Below are positions 1-14,500 of a stretch of 64,000 bases of DNA, piece after piece (position 1 is the stretch's first letter; each line of letters begins with the position of its first letter). The DNA lies in assembly GCA_951406725.2 (NCBI GenBank), contig OX597815.1, positions 60,140,001 through 60,204,000 on the forward strand, given 5' to 3'. The position numbers and the translations under genes are program-made. The notes under the pieces are model-generated. The model was not told the origin of the DNA. It did not search any database and was given only the letters and a program-made list of their open reading frames with translations. Source of the stretch: Octopus vulgaris. Lineage: Eukaryota.

Positions 1-32
<32 letters not shown>

Positions 33-596
33 ATCTGCTACAGCTACCAGCGGTCGCGGTGGAGTCGGCAGTGTTCTTGCTTGTGTTGTCGCTTTTTGTC
101 ATTGATTTCTTTTGTTCCTGCGACGGTGAAGGAGATGGTAAAAGCAAGGAAAAATTGTTTTCATAGGCTTCACGTGCAGTATTGTTGTTGTTTTCACTGT
201 TGTTGCTGCTGCTAGTATCGTTGCATTTGTTACTGTTGTCATAGCAACAAAACAAAATTCTATTTCTCTTTGACGATAAATCAATTTTAACTCAAGCCTG
301 CGTTCGGTGTTAAAACTGTGTGGACAGAACGTTGCTCACTGTCGATTACTATTATTTTGTAGTATTCCGACGTATTTTAAACATTGGAAAATATGTGAAT
401 TCTATCTTCGATAAAAAATGCAAAATAAATATCATTGAGTTACATTTATATCAAGCAACATCCCATCAATCCAGACAGTAGAAGCAAAATTATACAAAAA
501 TATTTGACTGAAAGGGGCCCAAGTAGCCAAAACGCTTGATTAAACACTGAAAACTTACAGAGCTCCATCTTTCTACATATTTCCAGTATGGCGGCC

Positions 597-644
<48 letters not shown>

Positions 645-645
645 T

Positions 646-1847
646 GGGGGAAGAGGAATATTGCAGGTAGAACTGTGCTATAGGACTTCCATAATAGCAA
701 TGAACAAGTACTTATCTAGCACAGAGGACTGGATGCTGCAAACACGAAAGCAGCAAAAAATCATATTTTATTGTCAAGGAAGCTTGCAAATTCGCAAGTG
801 AACTCGGCATCAACCATGAAGTAGGTGAAGAACATGAAACCACTGCTACCCAACAAGCAAAACGAATCAAATAGACTTCAAAAACAGAACGGGCAAAATC
901 AAATTGAGGAGTGATAGAGCCAGAAGCCTCTGCATGGACAGTATATACTTCGAAGCCGAAATGCTGATGTAGACCAAGTAACAACCCATCAATGACTGAG
1001 AAGTTCAGGACTGAAAGCAGACACTGAACGTTCCATGTTGGCAGCACAAGACCAAAGCTTGCTTACCAAAAACTACCAGGCTAACGTTCTTCAAAACAGT
1101 TCTGAGCTTAAATGCAGATTCTGCGATACATTTGATGAAACAATGGACCATCTCATTTCAGGATGTTCTGTGTTGACACCAAACGAATACAAATATCGCC
1201 ATGATAGGGTAGGGCATCATTTACATTGGAAAATATGTAAAAACTGCAAAATCAACACTCCTACTTACTAGTATGAACATCATCCTGAGCCAGTTGTTGA
1301 AGGTAAAACTGTCACTATCCTCTGAAATTTTCCAGTCAACACCGACAGAACGACCCAGGTTACTCAACCAGACATAGTTATTAAAGGCAGGGAAGAAAAT
1401 ACTTGTAGACCAATAGACATCAGTGTTCCCACTGATAAAAATATATCTGTAACGGAATTTGATAAATTAAGTAAATATAAGGCCTTGGAAATTGAAATAC
1501 AAAAGATGTGGTATCTTAAAGCGAGAACTGTTCAAGTTATTGTGGCTGCCCTATGTATGATAAGAAAGGGTTGTGAGAAACATCTAGATAATATCCTAGG
1601 GGAGCCATGTCTCAGAGAAATCCAAAAGGTTGTGCTGAGAAGTACTGCCTACATCCTTAGAAAAACCCTAACAATTTAAATGTCTGTGTTGTATTACATG
1701 AAGATATTTCGCTACTGCCTACTTTCGCTACTTCCCTTTCTCAATCTTTCAGTCATACTGTACCATCTGTTATCCTTCACTCGCGCTAGGCTGTTGGGTG
1801 TGTCTTGGCAAGTGATATTGACAAACATGCAGATTAAAAGTAAATAA

Positions 1848-1876
<29 letters not shown>
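646..1876 (+). mobile_element. 5'-truncated, degraded R4/Dong-clade non-LTR retrotransposon (CCHC knuckle + restriction-like endonuclease, 3' UTR, (TAA)n tail)
   Basis: Reads CRFCDTFDETMDHLISGC...YRHDRVGHHLHWKIC, then PDIVI and KLSKYKALEIEIQKMW...ILRKTL, with stops and frameshifts. Starts right after (TAA)n at ~598-643 and ends in (TAA)n. Confidence 0.85.
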
Positions 1877-1878
<2 letters not shown>

Positions 1879-1883
<5 letters not shown>

Positions 1884-4441
1884 CGCAGGGTGAGGGCAAT
1901 ACACAAGAAGAGCTGATTGCAAGAAACAGGATTGAAACGATCAATATTTTAATCATACTGGTCGTGACTTACAGTTTCAATATTATTGACTGGTCAATTA
2001 CTGAAATAAGTAACCTTGACAGAAAAATACCAAAATTGTTGACAATGCATAGAATGCACCACCATAAGGCAGCTATAGAGCAACTTTACTTGCCAAGAAC
2101 AGGGGGTGGCCGTGGACTTTTACAACTGGAATTAACAATGAATTTTACAACTGGAATTGCTACAATTGGCCTAAACACCAACCTGAAAAACTCTGATGAG
2201 TGGATGCTAAAACTTGTTTTAAAGCACGGAGATCATGCTTGACCAACTTACTAGTAATGGAAGAATTGGTGACGCGCATCCTCGATGATAGTGATGCTGT
2301 TGACATCGTTTTACTGGACTTTGCCAAAGCTTTTGACTCGGTAAACCACCGCCTATTACTTGTCAAGCTTCAAGCATATAGTTTCCATCCGGATATTATA
2401 CGATGGGTTGGTGCCTTCCTCTCAGATCGCTCCTTCCAAGTCCAAGTTAATGGTTCGCGGTCCGACGTCTCCAGTGCGAGCAGTGGCGTGCCTCAAGGTT
2501 CAGTGCTTGGGCCCTTGTTGTTCTTAGTCTTCATAAATGACTTGCCCGACGACCTCACGCAACACACCCTTCTATTTGCCGGCGATATCAAACTGGTCGC
2601 TCCTCGCGGTAATATAGAGGATCTTCGTCGATGCCTCCACCAAATTTGGAAGTGGTCTAACGATTGGGACCTGTGTCTGAACGTGTCAAAGTGCTGTCAT
2701 CTGCCTGTCGGCTCTACTCCTGCAACTCAACTTGATTTCGAGCCGGGTCGTCTGCTGCTGGAGAGGACCGATCAGGTAAAGGACCTGGGTATCTTGGTGG
2801 ATTCCTCCTTTTCGCCTTCGGCCCAGTGCGTCCATGCTGCCAATAAAGTATTGGATTCAAGCCTCTTCTCCTTATCTCCTCAAAGACATACAGCATCTCG
2901 AAAGAGTCCAGAGGCTGGCTACCCGCATGGTTCATGGTCTCAAAAATTTGTCCTACGAAGAAAGGCTTAGGACGCTCGACCTTTATTCCCTTGAAAAACG
3001 CCGCCGCCGTGGTGATCTCATTCTCGCCCACAACATTATAAGCGGAAAGTGTAACCTCTCGAAAGAGCTGTTCTTCACTCCTGCTCCAGAGCGTCGGCTG
3101 CGGGGTCATTCCGAAAAGCTCTACCTGCGACGATTTCATCTCAATCGAAGGAGAGGAGCTTTCTCCGTCCGGGTTGCGGATCCGTGGAACAAGCTGCCAG
3201 ACGAGATGGTGAAGATGCCGACGACCGCTTTGTTCAAAGCCTCCCTGGACCTCAAGTGGCCTGAACTCTTTACATGAACACCACCCTGTACTTAACTCCA
3301 TGTCCCCCTACATGGCCTTGCTATTTGCTTTTGAGCCAAATTAACTAACTAACTAACTAACTAACTAAACAAGAAAACATTACACTCAGTAACAAAACAG
3401 GCAAAAAAATATCTAAATGAATTTGAAATACAATAAATCCCAGAATTAGACGTACTGAAAACAAACACAGAAGAAGCTAAGCGTATGAAAACCCGTGATA
3501 AAATTGCTGCCTTAGATATTCTTACTGATAAATGGCAACAAAAAACTCTCAATGGTAAATACTCAAAGAGAGCTAATAATGCTGATGTAGACATAGCCCT
3601 TACCCATTAATGGTTAGTGTCTTCTGGCATAAAATCAGAGACAGAGGTTTTATCATAGCAGCTCATGATCAATGCCTACCTACAAGGAGCTAGCAGGCCA
3701 ATATATTAAAGAACGGCAGTAGCCAAACATGTCGTGTATGTAAACAAAAAAATGAAACCATTCATCATGTCTCCATGTGCAGTCTTCTTGCGCCTACAGA
3801 GTATCTCAACAGGCATGATAGAGCAGCATAGTATATTCGATGGGTAATTTGCAAAACTTGGACCTGCCCCATGTAAAAACTGGTGGGAACACAAACTACC
3901 TCCAGTGCTTGAAAATGACCACATCTCACTCTTCTGGAATTTCACCGTTCAGACTGACAGAAAGATAGATGTGAATTGGCCATTGAAAGACTTCAGACAA
4001 AAACCATGCCCCCTCATCAATATGACTGTCTCAATCGACATAAATGTATCTGTCAAAACCTAAAAAAAACTGAGCAAGTATAAATATCTTGAAATACGAA
4101 CTGGCAAAATGTGGAACCTGAAGACTAAAACAATACCTGTTGTCATAGGTGATTACTATCTAGCTCAGATACCAGCAAATCGAAAAATGGCCGACATTAA
4201 AAAAATAATGCTCATGGGAACTGCTCATATCCTACGTAAAATACTATGTAATCTCAAATTTTAAAACAAACTCATAATTTTTTTGTTTTCTTAAACATTC
4301 TCTAGAACAATACTTTGTGCAAAAACAAATATATGGCACCTTAGTCATAGCACCAGCTTGAACTTCTAACTTGTTGTCTCTTGAGGTCTCTAGGCGAGAA
4401 TTGGAGTCAACTTGAACAAATAAAAAGGAAAAGTCAAACAT
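1879..4441 (+). mobile_element. Second degraded R4/Dong-clade element, split by a CR1 insertion (pieces 1879-2226 and 3369-4441)
   Basis: RT C-terminal motif LDRKIPKLLTMHRMHH..LYLPRTGGGRGLLQLE runs to LVLKH and resumes as NKKTLHSVTKQAK after 3368. Downstream are RHDRAA, LWNFTVQTDRK and KYLEIRTGKMWNLK. Confidence 0.85.
2227..3368 (+). mobile_element. 5'-truncated CR1-type LINE (RT domain + C-terminus, (TAAC)n tail)
   Basis: Motifs RSCLTNLL, LDFAKAFDSV, SGVPQGSVLGPLLF, FAGD (YADD box mutated), KDLGI, LERVQRLATR, YEERL..LDLYSLEKRRRRGDLI and WNKLP. Tail at 3342-3368. Frameshifting internal deletion near 2847. Confidence 0.92.
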
Positions 4442-4463
4442 ATATTATTATTATTATTATTAT

Positions 4464-5010
4464 TGAGTGAGAGAGCTGTGCATGCCATCAAAGTGACACT
4501 GGGGTGAAATATACGAAGCCCAGTATACCCATCATGACTACCCGTCTGATTAGGGTACACTATGCACATGCATCACAACCATATGTGCACGACATGGTGA
4601 TCTCATATCAAGATAAACAGCACATGAACTTGCAGGTGGGGCCCAGTTAGAATTTTCTTCTGGTCGAGTAGCCCATCCCGCTCAAAAGGTCCTTGAATAA
4701 GAGTTGTTTAAGGATGTTGAACGAAACACCCATGTTTCCAGAGGTGAATTATTCAAACCCCAAAGAATCCATCTCAACACATGGCTATGATGCTCCCACA
4801 CTACTTCTGCTCGTGATCAGAGATGCACATATCGTCAGCCACCAAGGGACATGCTCAACTGGTTAAGATCAAACAACTGATAAGCAAATCTGTATTATTG
4901 AGCAGAATATTTGCTGTAGCCCATCTTTTATACCAAGACAAAACAATGTACATGATAACACTTCCAATCAGTTAACATCAGAAGCCATGAGAGCTACTGC
5001 CTGGTACTGC
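4464..5010 (-). mobile_element. ~550 bp non-coding interspersed repeat, copy 1 of 4
   Basis: Collinear with 31699-32197, 32281-32813 and 34817-35373. On the minus strand it ends in (AAT)n. Confidence 0.8.
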
Positions 5011-5784
<774 letters not shown>

Positions 5785-5786
<2 letters not shown>

Positions 5787-6183
5787 GTTTCAAATATTTC
5801 AACAAGGGCAGCCATTTTGGGGAAGGGGATGAGTCGATTACTTCGACCCCAGTGTTCAAACAGGTACTTATTTTATCGACTCTGAAAGGATGAAAGGTAA
5901 AGTTTTGAACTCAGAACGTGAAGGCTGATGAAATGCCACTAAACACTTGCCCGGTGTTGTAATAATAACAATCCTTTCTAAAGGAGGTCCAAGGCCTCAA
6001 ATTTATGGGGAAGAGAGTAGTAGATTACATCGATGCAGTGTCTCACTGGTACTTCATCTATCGACCCCGAAATGATAAGTGGCAAATTCGACCTCGGTGG
6101 AATTTGAACACAGAACGTGAAAACGGACGAAGTGCCGCTAAGCCTTTTGTACGCTGTGCTAAAGATTCTGCCAGCTCACTGCT

Positions 6184-6185
<2 letters not shown>
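5785..6185 (-). mobile_element. Two adjacent copies of tRNA-type SINE family A
   Basis: Reverse complement of the 33090-33302 element: GTTCAAATTCC B-box-like motif and TTTCATCCTTTC..GTCGATAAAATAAGTACC core. Confidence 0.75.
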
Positions 6186-6244
<59 letters not shown>

Positions 6245-6325
6245 GTCTCTTGAGGTCTCTGGGTGAGACTTGGAGCCAGCTTGTGCAAATGTAAAGCAAA
6301 AGTCAAACATAGAATAATAATAATG

Positions 6326-6357
<32 letters not shown>
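6245..6357 (+). mobile_element. Extreme 3' end (~70 bp) of the R4 family seen at 4376-4441, embedded in (TAA)n
   Basis: gtctcttgaggtctct...aaaagtcaaacata matches 4376-4443, with (TAA)n on both sides. Confidence 0.75.
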
Positions 6358-6699
6358 CTTCAATGGAAATCTTTGTAAAGTTGACGGCTTACAAAAGCGG
6401 ATTTGATCGTGCGTCTGGTTGTAAAAATGGGGTAGTGGGAAGAATAGAGAGGGATGACTGAGAGAGGGGGAGAAGAGGGAGCGGAAGGAGAAGGGGAGGA
6501 GGGAGAGGGGAATGGGGAAGACAGAGTAAACGAGAGAGCTAGAGAGAGAGAGTGAGAGAGAGATAATAGCACGAGAAAGATGAATTGGAGTAAGGAAGGA
6601 GATTTGTGGAAGGTAGGTGGGGTATTTTGATCAAAACAACTTGACAACTTTAGAGAGAAAGAGATGGGTGTGAGAAAGAAGGGGTGTGTAATAGAGAAA

Positions 6700-6743
<44 letters not shown>

Positions 6744-6931
6744 TGGAAACAAGAAAGAGCAAAACAAAAGGAGTATGATGAATGGTGTATGTACAGGTGT
6801 ATGCACATCTACATGTATATGTGTTTATATCTGCATATATTATATCGCATGTATCTTAATATGCAAATATGAATGTATGTATGTATATATGCATGTGTGT
6901 GCATGTATATATGTATATGTGCGAAAACAGT

Positions 6932-7058
6932 TATTTATTATTCATAACCAAGAATATTATTGATACTGACTTCGAAGCTTCGGCCAGTTAAGCAATCGCC
7001 GGACTGCCGAAACTTCGAAGTCACTGTCAATAATATTCTCCTTTAAGAATGATAAATT
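6932..7058. repeat. Imperfect palindrome containing a hammerhead 3' half
   Basis: agaatattattgatactgacttcgaagcttcggc pairs with gccgaaacttcgaagtcactgtcaataatattct, with weaker pairing outward. Confidence 0.8.
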
Positions 7059-8288
7059 TATACTCTATAAAAGTATTTGTAACCCATCAAATTACTGTGA
7101 AATTGTTTTTATTGCAACTGAACATGAAAACAAACATTTATATATACACGCACACACAAACACACGCACACACACATGTGTGTGTTGATGTGTATGTATG
7201 TATGTAAGTATGTATGCATTCATGTATGTACGTGCATGTGTACGTATTTACGCTATTTTTTTTAGTGGGTCCATATATGGCGTTTCACTTGCTTGGGAAA
7301 ATGTTTGCCGGGGCCCATCGCCTCTCTAAGCATCCCAGTTTCTCACTATTGTTGGCAGAAGCTGCATCCGAAGCATAACTGAGGAAATGTTTTGGTGTCG
7401 AAAATTAGAGCTATGTGAGAGCCAGTTTACCCATCCATTCGAGTAATGGTGCTGGTGGACATCAAAGTGTTTCTCTCCATCTGAACATTTCAGCCGATTT
7501 TGTCGAGATCCGGAAAATTAAACACAATTCTGTCCAAGTTGGAGGTGATTAATACAGTACCGTAGAGACAAGTCCAAAATCATTGACAACAGCAGCCACT
7601 AACGTCTCCAAACAAAGCGCCGTCTTTGAGATGTGGAGTGGGTGTATTTTGTACACGTGGGCTGGTTAAAATGTACCATGGAATGAAAGAAGAAGTAAAA
7701 AGAACTTACTCCTGGACATGTCAAATAAACATGGAACATGTTCCAGTTGGTGGGAAGAAACGACTGTAGATGAAGACCACAAACTGTAGTACAGAAGGTG
7801 GCCCCATATGTCAACAACTGCAGAACACACCCTGTCCTAATCTTCACAGTCACAACTCGTATACATGTTGCTTATTTACTTGTTTGCAGCATTACAGAGA
7901 ATTACCATCGTCTAGGACTATGTTCCAACATTTGAATATGTCGATGATGTAGTTAAAGAGCTTATGAGGTTCTAGGAAATATAACACACAAGCCACTTCA
8001 AAAGGAAGTCATTCTTCTGGAATATTAAAATAGGCACGGATGTCCCAACTGGCACTATTGGTTGTTTTGAGATTAAAACAGCAAGCAATCAACATCTACA
8101 ACATTTAGAATTTTCCTGCAGCCAGAAGGTTACCCTTTTTCCCCACAGGACCTCTTGGGTGACAACGTGGAACTTATTTAATGGCAGAGTCATAACCACT
8201 TTACTCATACTCATGTTCAAAAGTTTAAATCTTGTACTGATAAAGCTATTAACCACCGATGCCATCTTTGACCAGTGTAACTCTAGGC

Positions 8289-8533
8289 TAGTGGTTCTCA
8301 ACTGAGGTCCATATGGCCCTTAACACCCATATAAGATTCTGTTGTAAAACTTTTTCGGCAATAAATTGGTTACAATGCACAAAATATTTTAGTAATTTTT
8401 AAATACAGTTCCTAATAATATTTAATTATAAAAATATCACATGATTTTTTAAAGCATAGAATAACAAGGAAGGTCCATCCGAGTAAAATAGCAACCGAGG
8501 GGTCCATAGCTAAAAAATGGTTGAGAAACACCG
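8289..8533. mobile_element. hAT (Charlie-type) MITE
   Basis: Ends are tagtggttctcaac and gttgagaaacaccg. The 8 bp flanks ctctaggc and ttctagac fit the NTCTAGAN target preference of Charlie elements. Confidence 0.8.
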
Positions 8534-9119
8534 TTCTAGACGATCCCCGATGACGATCTAGTAAACAGATCTCGAAGCAACTCTGCGATACAATGATGTG
8601 AATAAGAAGACAAAACAAGAAAACTGAAGATGTCAAGAGGGGTAGATAAAAAAAAACAGTGTGATAATAGCGAATATGGACTAAAGAATGGCAACAACGT
8701 GGCTGCTTTTGAGATAATATAAATGATAATAATTCCTAAGTAACCCATTGCACAGACGAGACTGTATTGTAAGATAGTCTGAGCAATGCAAGGAATTTTA
8801 CAGTTATTAACTCCGTGATAACATCTTTCTGGATAATACCTCCAAAGATAGACAACCTAGGTATGTTTCAATACTTCAGGAGAAAAAACATGTAATATAA
8901 CTCATGAAGGCACTGACAGAAATTTGTCAAATAGAGAAAGGTAACTTACATAATTGTGGTTTCATTGGTTTGATCTATCACCTCAGTAAAGTAAGGCTGA
9001 GAGATATCTTAATAGAAGATATCTCTTGCAGAAGAACACGCAGGATTCAGGTGGAAATGAAATACAATTGGGCAGATATTTGACATCAGACTGTTGATTA
9101 AGAAACTTCTGTAATTTCG

Positions 9120-9690
9120 ATGTGACCACCTCTACCAAAACTTCATGGACGTCGATGAAATTTTTTGACTGTGTCTTACAGGACGGTTTGCGGCAGATGA
9201 TGGGGGATTTCGGACAGCAACTTCATCCGTGTGATTCAACCACGGTACGAAAACTCAAATCGTACAGATCTTCCGAATAACAACATCAGAGACTTCTTGA
9301 GGACAACAGTTGGTGTTTGTATAGGTTGTCTCCTCTCTGCAGTCTTTTTAAATACCTTCCTGGTAAATGGCCCCTTTGAAACCAGCCCTATCTGAAGATA
9401 TCGATCCAATAGAAGGCAGAGAATTAAACCTCTAAGAAATTGATCCAAGACTGGGAAAATACCAGGAGTGAATGAAATGGAAATCAGTTCAGACAAGAAA
9501 AGTCTCTAATCAATATTCTCAGCCCTAATACAACAAGCAGCTATCATGGTGAATGAACTTCAAGAAGAGGATAAATTAAAAAAAAACTCGGATCAATATT
9601 CAGTAGGGATGACAAATCAATAGACAGCATAAACGTGACACTTGGTTTGGTCTCATCTGTTTGATCAAAGCTGAACGTCATAGGAAAAAA
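9120..9690 (+). mobile_element. Heavily degraded RTE-like LINE RT fragment
   Basis: TVGVCIGCLLSAVFLNTFL resembles GVRQGCxLSPxLFN; remainder is fragmentary. Confidence 0.45.
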
Positions 9691-9959
9691 GAAATGCCTT
9701 CATTTCTCTCAATACAAAGCTAAAACTGAACGAGTGCTGCATTACTTTGGGGATTTTCTTTTGTATAGATGGGAAAACTGAATAATCACAGATAATATGA
9801 AACGTAGAAGCAAAATATTCGAACACAAGTGTTTCAGTAGGTTGTTATGAGTTTCGTACACAATTCGCTAGGTAAACGGATTTAACAGGCAGAAAATATC
9901 ATTCCTTGTTGATTGATAGAGAAATCAAAATTGTTCACCCGTGGGAAATATCGCATCAT

Positions 9960-10360
9960 TCACTTCTTGAACTTTCTCCCTTTTTGGAATAAACACACCA
10001 AACTTTTTCGGCTCAGAATTCCTTCAAATGCCCATGCTAAAGCAATCTACAATATAAATCAATGAATTCAGCTGATTTTCGTTTCCCCCATAAAGCTTCA
10101 GGAGATGGTTGATCTTATTTTTCCTTTCCTTCAACTCATATGTAGCTTTCATGTTTCTTAAAATCAAAGTCAGCGGTATCATGCACAATACAAATACCAC
10201 TGGTGACAAGCTATCTCCTTCGAAGATCGCATGTTTGATGTTGACAAAGCCTATGATTTGCCTCCCCGATGTGAGCTCTGTGGTCCATCCATTCATACTT
10301 CGGTTCAATAGATTCATGATGTTGTGAGCGATTCCAAATATTTTCAAGCAATTCAGAATA
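9960..10360 (-). mobile_element. R4/Dong-clade RT domain fragment
   Basis: Reads VNIKHAIFEGDSLSPVVFVLCMIPL...KINHLL-KLYG; the FMDD catalytic box is deleted. Confidence 0.8.
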
Positions 10361-10914
10361 TACGTATGAAGAGCCGTATGTTACACTTTCCGACAGTGTA
10401 TCCACGCAGACTATCTGATCACAGCGAGTAAGGGCCAGCTGAATACTTTGACCAATCTATGTTTATTATTCAGGAGTAGAGTTAGTCAGAGCTCTCCACC
10501 ACCACCACCACCACCAATAACAATAACAACACCACCACCGCTGCCCATCTCATACTCATTATGAGGCAAGGGGTAGAAACAGATCCAGTCTCTCTTTTGA
10601 AAAGGGAAAGACATATTTGACTGTATTGGTCCGTAAGACCGGCTGGTCATGGTTGAAATACACGGCAGATTATGCAATCAAGGATAATCTAGAGCTTAAA
10701 GAAAATTTGCGTCACCATCAATTTTGTTAGCGTTGCAGTTTCGTTGGTGTGATTTTTCGGTAACTTCCTCTTTTGGTGATGTGTACTTTAGGTAAAGTGA
10801 AGATCCGTTGAGTTGCTGTTGAATTTTATCAGTTGACAAAGCTCATTGCGGGTATGAAGTGCTGTTGCATCATCTTCGCAAAGAAACATCAGTTTTTAGT
10901 TCCTCGATGTTCAA

Positions 10915-11260
10915 ATGTGCTTAGTGACATTTCGTCTGTCTTTACATTCTGAGTTCAAATATCGCTGAGGTTGTCTTTGCCTTTCATTCTTTCGGGACCA
11001 ATAAAATAAATACGAGTCGAGCACTAAGGTCGATGTAATCAACTAGCCTCTTCCCCCCAAATTCCAGGCCTTGTGCTTACTGTGGAAAGAATTATAAAGG
11101 CTGCGAGCTGGCAGAATCGTTAGTTCAAATTCCGTCGAGGTCGACTTTGCGCTTTATACTCTCGGAATCGATAAAATAAGTACCAGTTGAGTACTGGGGC
11201 GATGTAATTGACTGACTGTCTCCCCTAAATTTGCTGGCCTTGTGCCAAAATTTGAAAACA
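10915..11260 (+). mobile_element. Two tandem partial copies of SINE family A
   Basis: gagttcaaat...tttgcctttcatt...ataaaataa..gtcgatgtaatc core occurs twice (10915-11090 and 11097-11260). Confidence 0.7.
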
Positions 11261-11270
11261 TTATTGTTGC

Positions 11271-11325
<55 letters not shown>

Positions 11326-12679
11326 GAAATCAACCTCAACCAGTCTGACTACCAGTCAGTTCTGTTTATGTATTGAGGGTAACAGCTTACGGCATCAAAG
11401 AGACATTTTCCCCAGGATTTGGGGCCTAAACAGATCAAGAACAAAAACAACGAAGATGGGCATCAAAAACAGTAGCACAATTTGTAAGTGTTAGTAGTTG
11501 CAGTAACAACTTCTTTTAGTTGTATATCTTGCAATAGAATCAAGAATAGTTGAATATAATTGCTTGAAAACACAAGTCACTCTATTGAAGAACAAAAATT
11601 GAAATTAGAGTTCTTGCCGTGCCCAGACCGCCATCACTGACATAATACAATCAAGAGAGCAGCGACTCTGGTCACCTACAGCGTAGGAAAGGTCACCAGA
11701 GCAGTCAGTTTATGTGTTTGGAGTTTAGATGGTAATACATTTAACTAAACTTCCTAGGTACTTTCCAGTATTCATAGAAAAGTTCCATAGATACAACAAT
11801 AACAACAATAAACAATAGCAACAACAAAAGAACAAAAAATTCACCAGAAAATACAAAAGAAAAGACACAAAAATAGAAAAATTATTTTTTTATTTAGAAT
11901 TTTTTATTTTTTGTTAAAGAAAGACTGGAAAATACGAACGAAAACAAACAACAGCAGCCGAAACCACTCCTGTAGCCAGCATTGGAACAATGATAATAAC
12001 AACAGCAACAAAAGCAACAACAACAAGAGCAACATTGTTAACAATGATGATTTGAAGATGTAAAAAAAAAAAAAAAAAAATTCTGCGCCAAATTCTATGA
12101 AAGCCGTGACTTCAGAAAAGTCGGCAATGAAAAAGTAACGCTTTATATTGAGGATATAGAAAGTGTGATGAAAAAGTAATAACAATAATGATCATAATGA
12201 TGATGTTAGTAGTAGTAGTAGTAGTAGTAATTGTCGTTTGCCACAAGAGCAACTCTGGCACGAACATTACAATACATTTTAATGCTTACAATGCGACACG
12301 ATAGATTTAGATGCTCATACACACATATAGTCTGACAGATTGATGGATAGATCCGTGTGAGCGTGTGTCTTTAAACAAAAAAAAATATATATATATACGT
12401 GTGTGTGTGTGTGTGTGTTTCAACGTGAGTATGCAGTGTATGAATGTAGACTTCCAAGGAATTTACTTTTCTATATATTTTCTATAACTTTTGAGAATTT
12501 TTGCTTGTTCTTATATTTATTTATACTTTCCAGGCTCTATGTTTTTATCTTCGATTCCCCAACTTCTAACTCACCAACCTAATTTGATACCAACAATAAA
12601 TACTTTTACCAACATTATCACTAACCGCACACAACAGAAACATGTAGTCGGTTTCGTGTTCAAAGAAATCGTTAAGAAA

Positions 12680-12734
<55 letters not shown>

Positions 12735-13072
12735 GCAGCATCCTCAGCAGCATCAGCAGCAGTAGCAGCAGCAGCCGAAGCGGCGGAGAGAGTGGCAGTA
12801 GGCATCGTCTGTGGGAACAAAACTGCAAACTGCAAATACATAACGATGGCCACGTTCACACATGTACTTCTGCATTCACACACGTGTGCACACACACACA
12901 TAGACACACGCGAATATATATGTGTATATACGTATACATATGTATATGTATTTATTTTCTCCTTCCTTCTTATCTCTTCTCATTGACGTTTCGAACCTAC
13001 ATTCGAAACGTCAAAGACTTTCATTTTTCCTGTTCCTTTACCTGTCTCTGACATTTTTTGTACAATTCTGAA

Positions 13073-13073
<1 letters not shown>

Positions 13074-13160
<87 letters not shown>
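13074..13160. repeat. (TA)n microsatellite (representative of many)
   Basis: Direct reading. Confidence 0.95.
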
Positions 13161-13165
<5 letters not shown>

Positions 13166-13419
13166 AAGAGCTTCCTGATTCCTGGTTCTGAGATACATCA
13201 TTGAGTGTGGCACTGGCATCAAAAGCTACAAATACATATCTTCATAGGAAGTATTCAGTTGGCAGCAATACTTGGAATAACTCATATGTTGAGAAAATTG
13301 CTGCCTCTCTAAGCTGTAGGATGGAGCTGAGACATGACAGAAATAAATCAAGAGAAGTAAATAAATAATAATAATCATAATTAATAGTTATTATTAGATA
13401 ATTGAAAAGAACAGATAGC

Positions 13420-14200
13420 ATGGTAGGCTGCTATTAACAAGTGTGTTATGCATGCAAGACTCCAGGAGTTCCAACAACAACAACAACAACAAAGCCTATC
13501 AGAGTATTTACAGAACAGCAAAGAAAAACCACTAAAGACAGCGGGTAAAGAACAGGTGATCAAGAGTGTAATAGGAGAAAAGGATAAGAATGAAATTCAA
13601 AGAGAGCATGTCAGACAGATTGAAGAGAAACCATTCAATATTGGAAAGCCACTGAGGATATACATGGAACAAAATCCTGGGCTTGATTTAAAAAAGGGCA
13701 ATTAATAAAAGAAACAGAGAACCTAATTGTAGCGACCTAAGATCAAGTGATAAAAACAAACAACTTGAGAGAAAATATAAATGGAGAGAACTTGGAATGA
13801 GACAGTGGCACACATTGTAACAGAATGCCCCAAGTTGGCACAGGAAGAATATAAGAAATGGTGGCATGTCCAAGTTGTAAACGTTTTACACTGGAAACTT
13901 TGCCAGAAATGGGGATTTGAAGCTGGAAACACATGGTACAATCATCAAGTCGAAAAAGTACTGGAGTCGGAGAAATGTAAGATTTTGTGGGACTTTCCAA
14001 TTCAAATGGACAAGAAGTTAGAAAATAATACACTAGGCATAAGAATTATAGACAAGGAAAAGCGAAGTTGCTTACTAATGCCCATTTGGTTCCAGGATCA
14101 TAAAAAAGAGGACGAAAAAAAATCTACAATCCCTTACAATTTGGAATAGGAAGAATTTGGAGTATGAAAACTGTAAAGGTTATTCAGCTTGTACATCCAG
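13420..14200 (+). mobile_element. Degraded R4/Dong-clade 3' fragment
   Basis: Reads ETVAHIVTECPKLAQEEYK..H..V..LHWKLC and EKVLESEKCKILWDFPIQMDK. Confidence 0.75.
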
Positions 14201-14454
14201 CTTGTAGATGAAACTGGATTTTTATAAAAGAGAAGGCCATTCTGTATTTTCACCTCCTAACTGTAAAAATAAAAGTCGATTCTGGGTTCCAGACCAAGAA
14301 AGGCTGTTTAATACTTCTAAGTGATGTTGATTCTCGAGACTGTAAGACTTCGAGCTTAACCCATTGTTCACTTATCTTTAAGAAACACTTAAAGACGCAG
14401 GCATATATGTATGAATATACGTATGCATATAAGAATGCCTTTATATATAGCATA

Positions 14455-14500
<46 letters not shown>

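Noticed and set aside
2714-3301. 195 aa minus-strand ORF
   Set aside because: Antisense shadow of the GC-rich CR1 coding region.
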